Part shown: in pieces, positions 10,058 through 19,170 of the stretch
How positions within the stretch are numbered: position 1 is the stretch's first letter
Layout: each line of letters begins with the position of its first letter
DNA from: a virus
Virus record (IMG/VR): IMGVR_UViG_3300022910_000005
Span: 16,685 to 80,684 of that record
Length of the DNA: 64,000 nucleotides
Reading direction: 5' to 3' (one strand)
Position numbers and translations under genes: made by a program
Notes under the pieces: model-generated
Told to the model about the DNA's origin: nothing
The model's database searches: none
What the model saw: the letters and a program-made list of their open reading frames with translations, nothing else

Positions 10058-10483
10058 GTGGCCAACCAACTCCTGGGACCGGGACGAGAGGGCTTCCTGC
10101 TCGGCGAGATCGACTGGGACACCGCGACCATCAAGATCTCGGCCGTCCGTGGCTACACCTTCTCGTCCAGCCACAAGTTCGTCTCCGACGCGACCGGCGC
10201 AGGCGCGACCCTGGTGGCCACGGCCACCCTCGGCTCGAAGACCGGCACGAACGGCACCGCCGACGCGGCCGACGCAACGTTCACCGCCGTGGCCGCAGGC
10301 GCAGCGATCACCAGCCTGCTGATCTACCAGGCCAGCGCCGTGACCGGCGGCGCGGACGTCGCTTCCAGCGCGCAGCGTCTCATCGGCTACATCGACACGG
10401 CCACCGGTCTGCCGGTCACGCCCAATGGTGGGGACGTGGTAGTACAGTTCGATAACGGCAGTAACAAAATTTTTACCCTCTAG
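10058..10483 (+). CDS. Virion fibre/spike subunit-like protein
   Basis: Beta-rich A/T/G composition; IDWDTATIK...DAADATF...LIGYID...PNGGDVVV typical of phage fibre proteins; AGGAG RBS. Confidence 0.65.
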   Translation: MANQLLGPGREGFLLGEIDWDTATIKISAVRGYTFSSSHKFVSDATGAGATLVATATLGSKTGTNGTADAADATFTAVAAGAAITSLLIYQASAVTGGADVASSAQRLIGYIDTATGLPVTPNGGDVVVQFDNGSNKIFTL

Positions 10484-10532
10484 GGCCGTAGCCGCCTCTG
10501 CCGCAGCACTTCTCACCCGATAGGAGCCCCAG

Positions 10533-12821
10533 GTGCCCGGTCTCATCGGCCCCTGGGGCTTCGAGGGTCAGTCCAGCGGGACGCAACCGTCTGTCGCGAA
10601 CTCGGACGACTTCGGCGACCCGGCGTTCTCGTCGGTCTCGACCGGCGGTGGCATGTGCACGTACTCATCGGCGCAGGCCAAGTACGGCACGATGTCGCTG
10701 CGGTTCAACATCACGACGGCGGCAACGGCGGCGATCGTCGACTCGGCGGACACCGCCTCGTCCAGCGTCGCCGCGCACTGCTGGATCTACATCGGCACAT
10801 CACCCGGCGGCGAGATCCAGGGCCCGATCGTGTTCCGGAACGCTGCCGGTGCGGTGAACGTCGCTCGCGTGCAGATGACCGCGACGAACCAGTTCCGCAA
10901 CGTCTTCATCACGGGCGGCACCGGGACGGCCAGTACCGCGACCATCTCGACGGCCGGTTGGTATCGGGTCGAGGCCGTGGTGACCGGCGCGACCGGCGTC
11001 GCGTCGGCGCTGAGCATGACGTCGAACGTGTACGACTCGTCCGGCTCCCTGGTGGTGGCCGTCCCGGCATTGACCGGCGGCACGGGCGGCAACATCGACA
11101 CGATCCGCTGGGGCAAGGCAGGCGGTTCGTTCACCGTCGACTTCTGGCTCGACGACCTGCGGATGAACTTCGGGTCCGGTACCGAGATCGGCATCCCGAC
11201 CCAGACGTTGACCCCGGCTGGCCTGGCGACCGTCGAATCGTGGGGCACGCAGGTGCTCACCCCCGGCTCGGTGAACGTCACCCCGGCCGGGATCATCGCG
11301 GCCGAGCAGTGGGGCAGCGCCCTGCTGACGCCCGGTTCGGTGGCCGTGGCCCCGACCGGCCTGGCGACCGGCGAGACGTTCGGCTCCGACACGGTGACGC
11401 CCGGCCAGGTGGCTGTCTCCCCGGCGGGGATCGCGTCGGCCGCCGCGTTCGGCTCCGACACGGTCGCGCCCGGTTCCGTCAGCGTCGCGCCGTCCGGCCT
11501 GGCGACTGGCGAGGCGTTCGGGTCGGCCACGGTCACCAGCAAGGCGACGATCAGCCCGGCCGGGGTCGCGTCGGCCGAGGCGTTCGGGTCGGCGACCGCT
11601 GGCATCGTCGTGGTCGCCGTCAGCCCGTCCGGGCTGGCCAGCGGTGAGGCGTTCGGCAGCAGCATGGTGGTGCCCGGCCAGGCGGCTGTCGCCCCGGCGG
11701 GGATCGCGTCGGCCGCCGCGTTCGGCAGCGCCACGGTGGCCGCTGCGGCTGCCGTCATCGCTCCGGCGGGGATTGCGAGCGGCGAGGCGTTCGGGGCCGG
11801 GAGCGTCCAGCCTGGGGCTGCTGTGGTGGCACCGAGCGGGCTCGCCTCCGGCGAATCGTGGGGCACCGCGACGATCCGCAGCAGCGTCACGCCCACCGGC
11901 CTGGCCAGCGCGGAGGCGTTCGGGTCGGCCACCATCGTCAGCGTCGTCGCGCCGGGTGGGGTGGCGACCGGCGAACAGTGGGGCGCACCGGCCATCAGCC
12001 GGGCGCTGACGGCCTCCGGCATCGCGTCGGCCGAGGTGTTCGGGACCGCGTCCGTCGTGCCGGGAGCGTCCAACGTCGCGCCGTCCGGCGTGCCTACTGG
12101 GGAGACGTGGGGCGAGCCATTCGTCGGCGCGGGCGGGGCCCGGCTCAGCCCCGTCACGATCCCCACCGGGGAGCAGTGGGGAACCGCCGCGCTCATCCCC
12201 GGCCCGGCACCGACGATCCTCCCGCCGCCGATCGCGACCGGCGAACAGTTCGGCACGCCCCGGATCGACACCGGCCCGGCGCTGCCCGTCGGCCTGCCGT
12301 CCGCCGAAGCGTGGGGCGAGACGGCGGTCAAGCCGCAGCCGGTCGTCATCAGCGTGGCCGGGATCGCCAGCGCGGAAGCGTGGGGCCAACCGGACACGCT
12401 GCCGGGGGCCGCCGTCATCTCCCCGGCAGGCATCCCGTGGGGGCAGGCGTGGGGAAGCCCGATCGTCGGCCCCGGCTACACCCCGATCATCCCGGCCAGC
12501 ATCACTACGGGCGAGGCGTTCGGCACGCCATCCATCAGCACCCGGGCGACCATCTCGCCGTCCGGGATCGGCACCGGGGAAGCGTTCGGTCTGCCGACGC
12601 TGCACCTGCGGCTGCGCCTGGCCGGGATCGGCACCAGCGCTGCCTGGGGCTCGCCGACGATAGTCCTGGGTGTCGACCCGGACGGCCGGGACGTGGACCT
12701 GGTGGGCATCCTCGCTGACCAGGGCCGCATTGGCACTATCCTGGCTGAACAGGGCCGCGTCTCAACAGGACTCGCGACACAGGGGCGGATCACCGCCGGA
12801 TTGAGGGACCAGGATGGCTGA
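10533..12821 (+). CDS. Lectin-like N-domain plus about 22 PxG(I/L)AxxExFG repeats (fibre-associated)
   Basis: LamG-like motifs (GWYRVE, FWLDDL) followed by 20-23-aa repeats. Confidence 0.7.
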   Translation: MPGLIGPWGFEGQSSGTQPSVANSDDFGDPAFSSVSTGGGMCTYSSAQAKYGTMSLRFNITTAATAAIVDSADTASSSVAAHCWIYIGTSPGGEIQGPIVFRNAAGAVNVARVQMTATNQFRNVFITGGTGTASTATISTAGWYRVEAVVTGATGVASALSMTSNVYDSSGSLVVAVPALTGGTGGNIDTIRWGKAGGSFTVDFWLDDLRMNFGSGTEIGIPTQTLTPAGLATVESWGTQVLTPGSVNVTPAGIIAAEQWGSALLTPGSVAVAPTGLATGETFGSDTVTPGQVAVSPAGIASAAAFGSDTVAPGSVSVAPSGLATGEAFGSATVTSKATISPAGVASAEAFGSATAGIVVVAVSPSGLASGEAFGSSMVVPGQAAVAPAGIASAAAFGSATVAAAAAVIAPAGIASGEAFGAGSVQPGAAVVAPSGLASGESWGTATIRSSVTPTGLASAEAFGSATIVSVVAPGGVATGEQWGAPAISRALTASGIASAEVFGTASVVPGASNVAPSGVPTGETWGEPFVGAGGARLSPVTIPTGEQWGTAALIPGPAPTILPPPIATGEQFGTPRIDTGPALPVGLPSAEAWGETAVKPQPVVISVAGIASAEAWGQPDTLPGAAVISPAGIPWGQAWGSPIVGPGYTPIIPASITTGEAFGTPSISTRATISPSGIGTGEAFGLPTLHLRLRLAGIGTSAAWGSPTIVLGVDPDGRDVDLVGILADQGRIGTILAEQGRVSTGLATQGRITAGLRDQDG

Positions 12822-13110
12822 CGAACTCACGCAGTGGAGTGTCGCTGCGGAGACCAAGGAGTGGGTCGGCCCGATCACGGTGACCGCCGACGGTGTGCCG
12901 ACGAGCGCCTTCGAGGTGACCCTGACGGAGCCGGGCGCTCGCCCGGCCGACTGGGTGACGGCCACCCTGCTGGACGGCGGCCGGGGCATCCTGATCGGCG
13001 AAGGCACCGACTTCACCCTGGTGGCCGGACGCAAGTACACGGTGTGGATCAAGTTCACGGACGACCCGGAGATCCCCGTGCAGCGCGTCGGCAACGTGAG
13101 GACGTACTGA
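12814..13110 (+). CDS. Small beta-sandwich adaptor (BppU-like)
   Basis: GRKYTVWIKFTDDPEIPV pattern; follows the fibre gene. Confidence 0.55.
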   Translation: MADELTQWSVAAETKEWVGPITVTADGVPTSAFEVTLTEPGARPADWVTATLLDGGRGILIGEGTDFTLVAGRKYTVWIKFTDDPEIPVQRVGNVRTY

Positions 13111-13466
13111 TGTACGACTATCGGGCTCGGCTGGTGCGCCTGATCGACGCGGACACGTTCGTGCTGGACATCGACCTGGGCTTCTACGTCCACACCGAAC
13201 AGCACATCCGCCTGCTCGGCATCGACTGCCCGGAAGGCAGGACGCCGGAAGGCAGGCGGGCCACCGAGTTCACCCGCTCCTGGTGGGCGGCCCGAGGCGA
13301 CGAAGCGGTCGTCGTGACCGCGAAGCGGCCGACCCGCTCGCTGGAACGGTTCGTGGCGCAAGTGCTGACCGCCGAGCAGATCGTGCCCTCGCCGCCGTTC
13401 GACAAGAACCTCGACGCCTGCCTGCGCCTGGCCGGTCACTTCAAGCCGGTCGAACACCTGGGGTGA
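13110..13466 (+). CDS. Thermonuclease (SNase-like)
   Basis: RLIDADTF...IRLLGIDCPE. Confidence 0.75.
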   Translation: MYDYRARLVRLIDADTFVLDIDLGFYVHTEQHIRLLGIDCPEGRTPEGRRATEFTRSWWAARGDEAVVVTAKRPTRSLERFVAQVLTAEQIVPSPPFDKNLDACLRLAGHFKPVEHLG

Positions 13467-13541
13467 AGGCCACCCTGCGCTTGGCTTCCCGGCCACCCTG
13501 CGGCTGTGGCGCGAGGTAAGGAGAGCCGTACCGAGTCCCCG

Positions 13542-13832
13542 TCACCACACGCCGGGGTTCGGCTTGCGGCGACGCTTCAGTTCCCGCAGGGACGTCTTCG
13601 GCCCGATCAGCCCGTACTCCACCCCGTACCAGGCGGCCAGCCTCGGCACCAGCCGCTCCACCGACCACTGAACCGTTTCGAGAGAGTGGTCGAGCAACTG
13701 CACGCCGATCTCGTTCCAGTCGATCCTGACCGGCTGGACGAGAACCGGCTCCAGGTAGTACCTGGTCTTGTCCGGCAGAGTGATGAAGGTTTCATGCCAC
13801 CTGTGGCCCGGCTCCAGCCGGACGACCCTCAT
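13542..13832 (-). CDS. Hypothetical protein
   Basis: Last gene of the minus-strand operon, ATGA overlap. Confidence 0.55.
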   Translation of the reverse strand: MRVVRLEPGHRWHETFITLPDKTRYYLEPVLVQPVRIDWNEIGVQLLDHSLETVQWSVERLVPRLAAWYGVEYGLIGPKTSLRELKRRRKPNPGVW

Positions 13833-14023
13833 ACCGGCGGCTCCTCGTACAGTTGGATCGCCTCTTCGGCAACCAGCACCCGGCCGAGGCCGACGTGCGC
13901 CTGCCGGACGTAGTAGACGACGCCGTCGACCCGCACCCGGTTCGGCTTCGCGCCGTCCGGGATGCGCACGCGCTTCGGCTCGCCGTCACGGGGGCCGCCG
14001 ACGAAGGTCATCGACTCGATCAT
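13829..14023 (-). CDS. Small GG-motif family protein 7
   Basis: MTFVGGPRDG. Confidence 0.6.
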   Translation of the reverse strand: MIESMTFVGGPRDGEPKRVRIPDGAKPNRVRVDGVVYYVRQAHVGLGRVLVAEEAIQLYEEPPV

Positions 14024-14841
14024 CGGATAGCCGGTTCCATCGTGATCTCGATGTTCGGCGGGAACGCCTTGTGCAGCGCGTCCAGCAGGGACGGCAGCGC
14101 CATCACGTCGGACCCGGCCAGGAGGGTCTTCGCCTCCCCGGCGTACGAGCGCAGTTCCGAGCGGACTGCCTTGCCGCGCAACGATTCACGCAGGACGTGG
14201 ATGCTGCGGATGCGTGCGAGGGGGATCTGCTTGGCGGCCATCTTCTTGTCCGGGTCGAGCCGCACCACGTCGCCGTCGCAGTCGATGACGTGCGCCACGT
14301 TGGTGGACAGCGGCCGGTTCGTGGTCCGCTGGTAGGAGATCCGCACGTAGTTGCCTTCGGCCAGCGCCCACGGCCCGGCCGGGAGCGTCATGGCCTGCAT
14401 CATGCTGTTCGCCTGGACGCTGATCGGGATCTCGATCGAGATGCTGTTGCCGATGAAGTGCTGTACCTGGTAGGCGCGGGCGCGAGGTTTCGTCTCCGCG
14501 AAGGACAGCACCAGGTACGCCAGGGACGTGTCGGCCGCCATCCGCAGGTCCGTGTCGGACAGGATCGGCTCGCTGGTTGGGTGGCTGTGAAACATCGCCA
14601 CCGGCTCCTCGGCGGCCAGGTCGAAGTCGGCGTACGCCAGCCGGACTTCCTCCGGGTGCATCTTGAACGTGGTGATCGGCTTCTCGGACACGTTGCGCAT
14701 CCAGTGCACGCGCACGCCGAGGCTGGAGCCCTTCTCGGCGACGATGAAGCCGCACGACTCCTGGGGTCGCTGGAGCCTGCACATCCGGATCATGTTCTGC
14801 ATGGTGCTGGCCGTCATGGTCAGCGAGCCGGGAACGCTCAC
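14020..14841 (-). CDS. JAB/MPN+ metallo-isopeptidase with C-terminal WYL-like domain
   Basis: ESCG...FHSHPTSEPILSDTD JAMM motif; C-terminal ALAEGNYVRISY...IPLARIRSI. Confidence 0.8.
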   Translation of the reverse strand: MSVPGSLTMTASTMQNMIRMCRLQRPQESCGFIVAEKGSSLGVRVHWMRNVSEKPITTFKMHPEEVRLAYADFDLAAEEPVAMFHSHPTSEPILSDTDLRMAADTSLAYLVLSFAETKPRARAYQVQHFIGNSISIEIPISVQANSMMQAMTLPAGPWALAEGNYVRISYQRTTNRPLSTNVAHVIDCDGDVVRLDPDKKMAAKQIPLARIRSIHVLRESLRGKAVRSELRSYAGEAKTLLAGSDVMALPSLLDALHKAFPPNIEITMEPAIR

Positions 14842-15399
14842 TCAGGTGCCTCCGCTGGAAAGGATGATCAGGACCCCGTACCAGACGGCGACCATCCCTC
14901 CGAGCATTTGCACGCCGGTCACGAACCGGTCTTCGCTTTTCGAGCCGGTCACCATCCAGCCGATGCGGATCTTATGCTTGACCAGCGGATATAACAAGCC
15001 CACGCCGTCCACGGTGAGCATGTCGATGAAGATGTGCAGCCCCCAGCCGATCGCGACCGCGTGAGCCAGCGTCCAGTTGCTCAGCAGCCAGCCGGTCAGG
15101 CCCCACGCGAACAGCACGGAGAGAGCGGAGTGGGTGAGCATCCGGTGCCCGCCCATCAGGCCCCTGATCCAGCGGGGCACGTACCGGCCGACCGTCGAGT
15201 TGTGGTGGTCGAGGTCCGGCAGGAACGACGCCAGCCCGGCCAGGATGAAACCCGCCAGCGCGTCCTTCATGCCCTGGCCGGGCAGGAGGATCGTCGTGCC
15301 AGCCAGGTGGGCCGACGACCAGACGGGAGCCGACACGGTCACCGGCAGGCTGGCGAACCAGCCGACCCATGCCGTGTTGACTCCCGCCCGCGCGTTCAC
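14842..15399 (-). CDS. YdjM-like membrane metal-dependent hydrolase
   Basis: LPDLDH, HRMLTHS, HIFIDMLT..GV.LLYP motifs. Confidence 0.8.
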   Translation of the reverse strand: MNARAGVNTAWVGWFASLPVTVSAPVWSSAHLAGTTILLPGQGMKDALAGFILAGLASFLPDLDHHNSTVGRYVPRWIRGLMGGHRMLTHSALSVLFAWGLTGWLLSNWTLAHAVAIGWGLHIFIDMLTVDGVGLLYPLVKHKIRIGWMVTGSKSEDRFVTGVQMLGGMVAVWYGVLIILSSGGT

Positions 15400-15608
15400 T
15401 TCAGGACCAGCATGTAATGCGGTAGCACCTGCTCGGTGAGGCGGCCCGGCCGGATGTTCAACTGGCCGTCGATTTCGGACCGAACCTGGACGGCGACGGT
15501 GGTGCCCATGATGTCCTTCACCCGCCCGATGGCGGCACCGCCGCCCGGCCGGAGGACGGCCACGTTGCAGCCGACGGTGACCTCCTCGCCGATCCGATCG
15601 AACATCAT
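15396..15608 (-). CDS. Small SH3/KOW-like protein
   Basis: DRIGEEVTVGCNVA. Confidence 0.55.
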   Translation of the reverse strand: MMFDRIGEEVTVGCNVAVLRPGGGAAIGRVKDIMGTTVAVQVRSEIDGQLNIRPGRLTEQVLPHYMLVLK

Positions 15609-15844
15609 GATGGAATCCTTACCTGTTCGTGGGTTTTCACGACGTGCGCCCGATGCAGGCGGACGACAGGGTGCCCGGTCTGGTAGACGAGCGGACCACC
15701 GAGGTTGGCGGTGGCGATCACTTCGGCGTCGATCATGCTGCTCATGCCGAGGATTTTGACGATCTTCCCGAGCACCACGTCGTTGCCCGCGTAGGCGGCG
15801 ACCAGGTCGTCCACCTTGATCTGCGTTCCGACGGCGTCTTTCAC
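15605..15844 (-). CDS. Small SH3/KOW-like protein (paralog of neighbour)
   Basis: DAVGTQIKVDDLVA. Confidence 0.55.
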   Translation of the reverse strand: MKDAVGTQIKVDDLVAAYAGNDVVLGKIVKILGMSSMIDAEVIATANLGGPLVYQTGHPVVRLHRAHVVKTHEQVRIPS

Positions 15845-16032
15845 GGCTTGATCACCCACTTCGCGTCCGGGACGGTGTCGACGTACTTGGCCTTGCTGCG
15901 CCAAAAGTGACCGTGCAGGGCGCACCAGATCTCGCTGTAGTCGGACGGCGTGACCTTGTAGCCGTTGAAGGCGGACTGGTTGCAGTTGCGCATGGTCACC
16001 ACCCAGTTCTGCTTGTCCTTGCAACGGTTCAT
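15841..16032 (-). CDS. Hypothetical protein
   Basis: Coupled ORF. Confidence 0.55.
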   Translation of the reverse strand: MNRCKDKQNWVVTMRNCNQSAFNGYKVTPSDYSEIWCALHGHFWRSKAKYVDTVPDAKWVIKP

Positions 16033-16241
16033 GCCCGGTCCTTCCTGAATCTCCAGAGAGGCTTGCGGTCGGACTGGTCCTGGTGGACCAGGTAGGCGAT
16101 CGGCACCGCGAGCAGCGTGACCGGAAGCATTTCCGGTGCCCATTTCGCGATGCCGATCGCGCCCAGGACGCCCAGGCCGGTGACGAACCAGCGGCCGGGC
16201 TGCGTTTCCGAGAGGTCGATGACCCAGTGACGTTCCGGCAT
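16029..16241 (-). CDS. Small membrane protein
   Basis: Two hydrophobic segments, coupled. Confidence 0.55.
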   Translation of the reverse strand: MPERHWVIDLSETQPGRWFVTGLGVLGAIGIAKWAPEMLPVTLLAVPIAYLVHQDQSDRKPLWRFRKDRA

Positions 16242-16555
16242 CAGTGCTCGATGTACCAGACGGTGACGTCCACGGTGCCGACCTTGCCGGTCCGGCCGTA
16301 AGCCTTGCCGATCAGGCGCATGACCTGCTCGATGGCGGTCGGCAGGCTGAGCGCGTTGGCGACGTGGAGCATGACGCCTTCGTCCTTCACCTGGATGTGC
16401 AGGGCGTTGCGGCCCTGCACCCGAAGGTCGACCAGGCCGTTCTTCAGGTGCGGCCGACGGTCGATCTCGGCCAGCACCAGGTCGATGACCGCAGCACTGG
16501 TGTCGACGGAGGCGTTCTTCAGGGTGATGGTGCTGATCTCGGTCTTCTTCGTCAT
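16241..16555 (-). CDS. Hypothetical protein (leaderless)
   Basis: ATG 6 nt after the -10 element. Confidence 0.65.
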   Translation of the reverse strand: MTKKTEISTITLKNASVDTSAAVIDLVLAEIDRRPHLKNGLVDLRVQGRNALHIQVKDEGVMLHVANALSLPTAIEQVMRLIGKAYGRTGKVGTVDVTVWYIEH

Positions 16556-16561
16556 GACTTG

Positions 16562-16613
16562 AGTTTACCAACGCCGAAGGGGACTTGTCAACTGTATGAC
16601 AAGTCCCCTTCGG
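16562..16613 (-). promoter_or_regulatory. Promoter TTGACA-N18-TAAACT inside a perfect 17-bp hairpin
   Basis: Stem 16574-16590/16597-16613; heptamers at 16585 and 16596. Confidence 0.75.
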
Positions 16614-16757
16614 GTGGTGCTACCGCGTCCTCGGGCTCGGCGTGCGGACCGGCGGGCTCCCGGTGCCCGGCCTCGGCGGCGGCGTCCCAGGCCCCGGGTT
16701 CGGAGCAATGGGCGACGGTCCAGGGTCACGGCTCATCAGCGATCACCTCCTCCCGAA

Positions 16758-17564
16758 TCAGTACTTCTTCACCCACGGCAGCCGCAGGAACGTCGCCCGG
16801 CGGCCGACCGCCGCCGCGTAGTACCCCGGCTCGATGATCCCGGCGACCTTCATCGCCTTCAGCAGCCGCCGATACTTCCACCAGGGCATCGGCACGTCGA
16901 TCAGCAGGTGGTAATGGCCCTCCGTGCTGGAGCCGATCACCTTCACCTCGTGGTCGATGTCGATCGCGACGGTGTGCATGTTCTCGTGCTTGACCATCCG
17001 GATCGGCGGCAGCCCGAACGGGTCGTCGCTGTCGTCCAGGATCAGCCCGGGGCCGAACTCGAACAGGTCGACCGTGCCGTCCACCTCAGACGAGTAGCAG
17101 TTCGCCAGCGGGCCGAACGGGATCTGCGCCCGGTTGCGCTCGCTGTCGGCGTTGTAGTCCTCGTCGTTCCATTCCTGATCGGCCCGGGACTCCAGGTCGA
17201 CGATGTACGCCTTGTGCGGCCAGCGCGACAGCGAATCCCATTCGTCCTGGTGGGTTTTCGGCAGCCGCTCGTTGATGTAGGTGGCCGCCTCGACGAAGGA
17301 CCCGGCCAGCAGGACCCGGCCCCGGCGGAACGCGACGATGTCCCGGCGCTTCTTCAGGTCGTCCAGGGCCACCTCGACCACAACCCATTTGCCTTCGGTG
17401 CGGGGTCCACGAGCGAACAGTCGGTCGTCGCCGAGTCCCCACAGCAGACCGACGTACTCGTTCATCAGGCCGAAGGCGTCGACCGGTGGCTGGTCGAAAG
17501 CCTCACCTGCGGCGGGCAGTTCGTCGTTCTCGTCCTCCACGAGCACCAGCACAAGATCACTCAC
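16758..17564 (-). CDS. Hypothetical protein with AEP-like DxD/SxxxGHxH motif
   Basis: AIDIDH...SSTEGHYHLLI. Confidence 0.6.
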   Translation of the reverse strand: MSDLVLVLVEDENDELPAAGEAFDQPPVDAFGLMNEYVGLLWGLGDDRLFARGPRTEGKWVVVEVALDDLKKRRDIVAFRRGRVLLAGSFVEAATYINERLPKTHQDEWDSLSRWPHKAYIVDLESRADQEWNDEDYNADSERNRAQIPFGPLANCYSSEVDGTVDLFEFGPGLILDDSDDPFGLPPIRMVKHENMHTVAIDIDHEVKVIGSSTEGHYHLLIDVPMPWWKYRRLLKAMKVAGIIEPGYYAAAVGRRATFLRLPWVKKY

Positions 17565-17827
17565 GATCTTCCTCCCGTGATCTGGTCCAGTCCGGCGTCG
17601 TTGAAACGCCAGTGGAAGTCGTGGAGGGTCATGGAGTGGAACCAGGCGTCCGCCAGTTCCAGGATCATGTGCGCTACCAGCGGCCGGTTGCACATCGGAC
17701 AGCGCATCAGCGACACCTTCTCGAACTTGACGACGACCAGCGGTTCCATCGAACCCCAGACGCGCCAGGTGAATTCGATGTCGTTCTCAACCTCGGACGC
17801 CAACCCCTCCAACAGGCCGGTCGTCAC
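17561..17827 (-). CDS. Small CxxC protein
   Basis: GGAGG RBS, overlaps. Confidence 0.55.
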   Translation of the reverse strand: MTTGLLEGLASEVENDIEFTWRVWGSMEPLVVVKFEKVSLMRCPMCNRPLVAHMILELADAWFHSMTLHDFHWRFNDAGLDQITGGRS

Positions 17828-18390
17828 AGCGCGCCTCCCATCACCGCGTCGTGGTTGGCGATCGTCCACAGCACGTCGCCCATCGCGGTGTGCCGGTCGA
17901 ACAGCGTTGGGTCCACACCGACCAGCCGGGACAGTTCGTCGGAGTCGATCGGGAACGGCACCGACACGCCGCGCCCGGCCAGGAATCCCCGCAGGAGGGT
18001 CTCCACGTCGGTGATGTGGTAGTGCCACGGCGACTTCGACCGCGTCACGCCCATCAACTGCCGCAGTCCGGCCGTGTCGAAATCCGGTACGGCACCGATC
18101 AGTTCGTGGCGCGGCTCGCCGTCGACTCGCGCGAACAGGTCCCACAGCAGGGTGCTGGCCCGGCGGCGGCTGACGGCCTGGACCGGGTCGTACCGCCGCA
18201 GGTAGTCGGTGAGGAACGGCTCCGGCAGCCGCATCGCCTTGTCGACGTCATGCTCCACGAACAGGTGCAGCGACTCCATGTGCGGCATCAGTTCGGTGCC
18301 CCGCTTGACGGCGGCCAACTCCCAGATCTCGTCCATGCCGTTGTCCGGGTCGAGCCCGGTCGTCTCGGTGTCGAGGAAGATCTTCGCCAT
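17824..18390 (-). CDS. DEDDh 3'-5' exonuclease (DnaQ-like)
   Basis: FLDTETTGLD, PDFD, HTAMGDV. Confidence 0.85.
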   Translation of the reverse strand: MAKIFLDTETTGLDPDNGMDEIWELAAVKRGTELMPHMESLHLFVEHDVDKAMRLPEPFLTDYLRRYDPVQAVSRRRASTLLWDLFARVDGEPRHELIGAVPDFDTAGLRQLMGVTRSKSPWHYHITDVETLLRGFLAGRGVSVPFPIDSDELSRLVGVDPTLFDRHTAMGDVLWTIANHDAVMGGAL

Positions 18391-18737
18391 CAGACGGGCC
18401 GCGTCCGGACGAAGACCTCGTACTCGACGCCTTCGTAGTCGGCGATCGTGAAGGTGCCCGTGGTGCCGGACATCAGGGTCACCGGCCCGGCCAGGTGCGC
18501 CTTCGGCTCGACGGCGAAGTCGGTCACCTCGGACAGGACGGCTCGCACAGCGTTGGCCATGCTGACGCCTTCGATGTCCGAGTCGGCGAACGACGCGGCC
18601 ACCTGGTCGTTCGTAGCGAACGTGCCGGAGATCGGCACGCCGTCCACGTCACAGCCGGTGAAGGTGGCGTTGAATTCCGGACGCTTCGGGACGTTGCTGC
18701 CCTCGTTGTCCGGCTCGCTGCTGTACTGCTGGGTCAC
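18390..18737 (-). CDS. Hypothetical protein
   Basis: AGGAGG RBS. Confidence 0.6.
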   Translation of the reverse strand: MTQQYSSEPDNEGSNVPKRPEFNATFTGCDVDGVPISGTFATNDQVAASFADSDIEGVSMANAVRAVLSEVTDFAVEPKAHLAGPVTLMSGTTGTFTIADYEGVEYEVFVRTRPV

Positions 18738-18906
18738 TGCGGTGCCTCCTGTTTCGGTCCGAACTGCTGGACGGCGAGAACCCTGTGGCTCTCGATCGGA
18801 CAGTCGTGGTCGTACTGTTCGACGAGCGACCCGGCGCAGCAGGCGGCACAGTGATCGATCGTCGGATGCCCGAAGGCGGGCGTCGTGCACGGGACGCAGG
18901 TGCAGG

Positions 18907-19098
18907 TCATGGCGCGACCCGGTTGGTGATCTTGCAGACTCGCTTCTCGTAGTCCTCGGGGCTGACGCCGCCGCCGCACTCGAAGGTCCACTCCGCGCCC
19001 TGCTGGGTGTCGTTGTAGGTGACCCGGCCAGACTTCTCGTCCAGCCACACCTTGTCGCCCTCGCTGTCGGTGCCGAACAGGGAGACCTTCATGATCAT
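18907..19098 (-). CDS. Hypothetical protein
   Basis: GGAAGGA RBS downstream of the promoter. Confidence 0.55.
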   Translation of the reverse strand: MIMKVSLFGTDSEGDKVWLDEKSGRVTYNDTQQGAEWTFECGGGVSPEDYEKRVCKITNRVAP

Positions 19099-19139
19099 CC
19101 TTCCATCGGGGGCAGTCGTCTCGGTCGCTCAATGAGACA

Positions 19140-19170
19140 ACAGTACTCCAGTTGACAAGCGGTTGTCAAC
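19140..19170 (-). promoter_or_regulatory. Promoter with palindromic operator
   Basis: GTTGACAA-gcgg-TTGTCAAC (19151-19170); TTGACA-N18-TACTGT on the minus strand. Confidence 0.75.

Noticed and set aside
11200-12660. Repeats in the fibre gene as a CRISPR array or DGR
   Set aside because: Degenerate in-frame protein repeats with no constant repeat-spacer structure; no cas or reverse transcriptase genes
16614-16757. Unassigned gap as a functional element
   Set aside because: At most a very short ORF; no supporting motif
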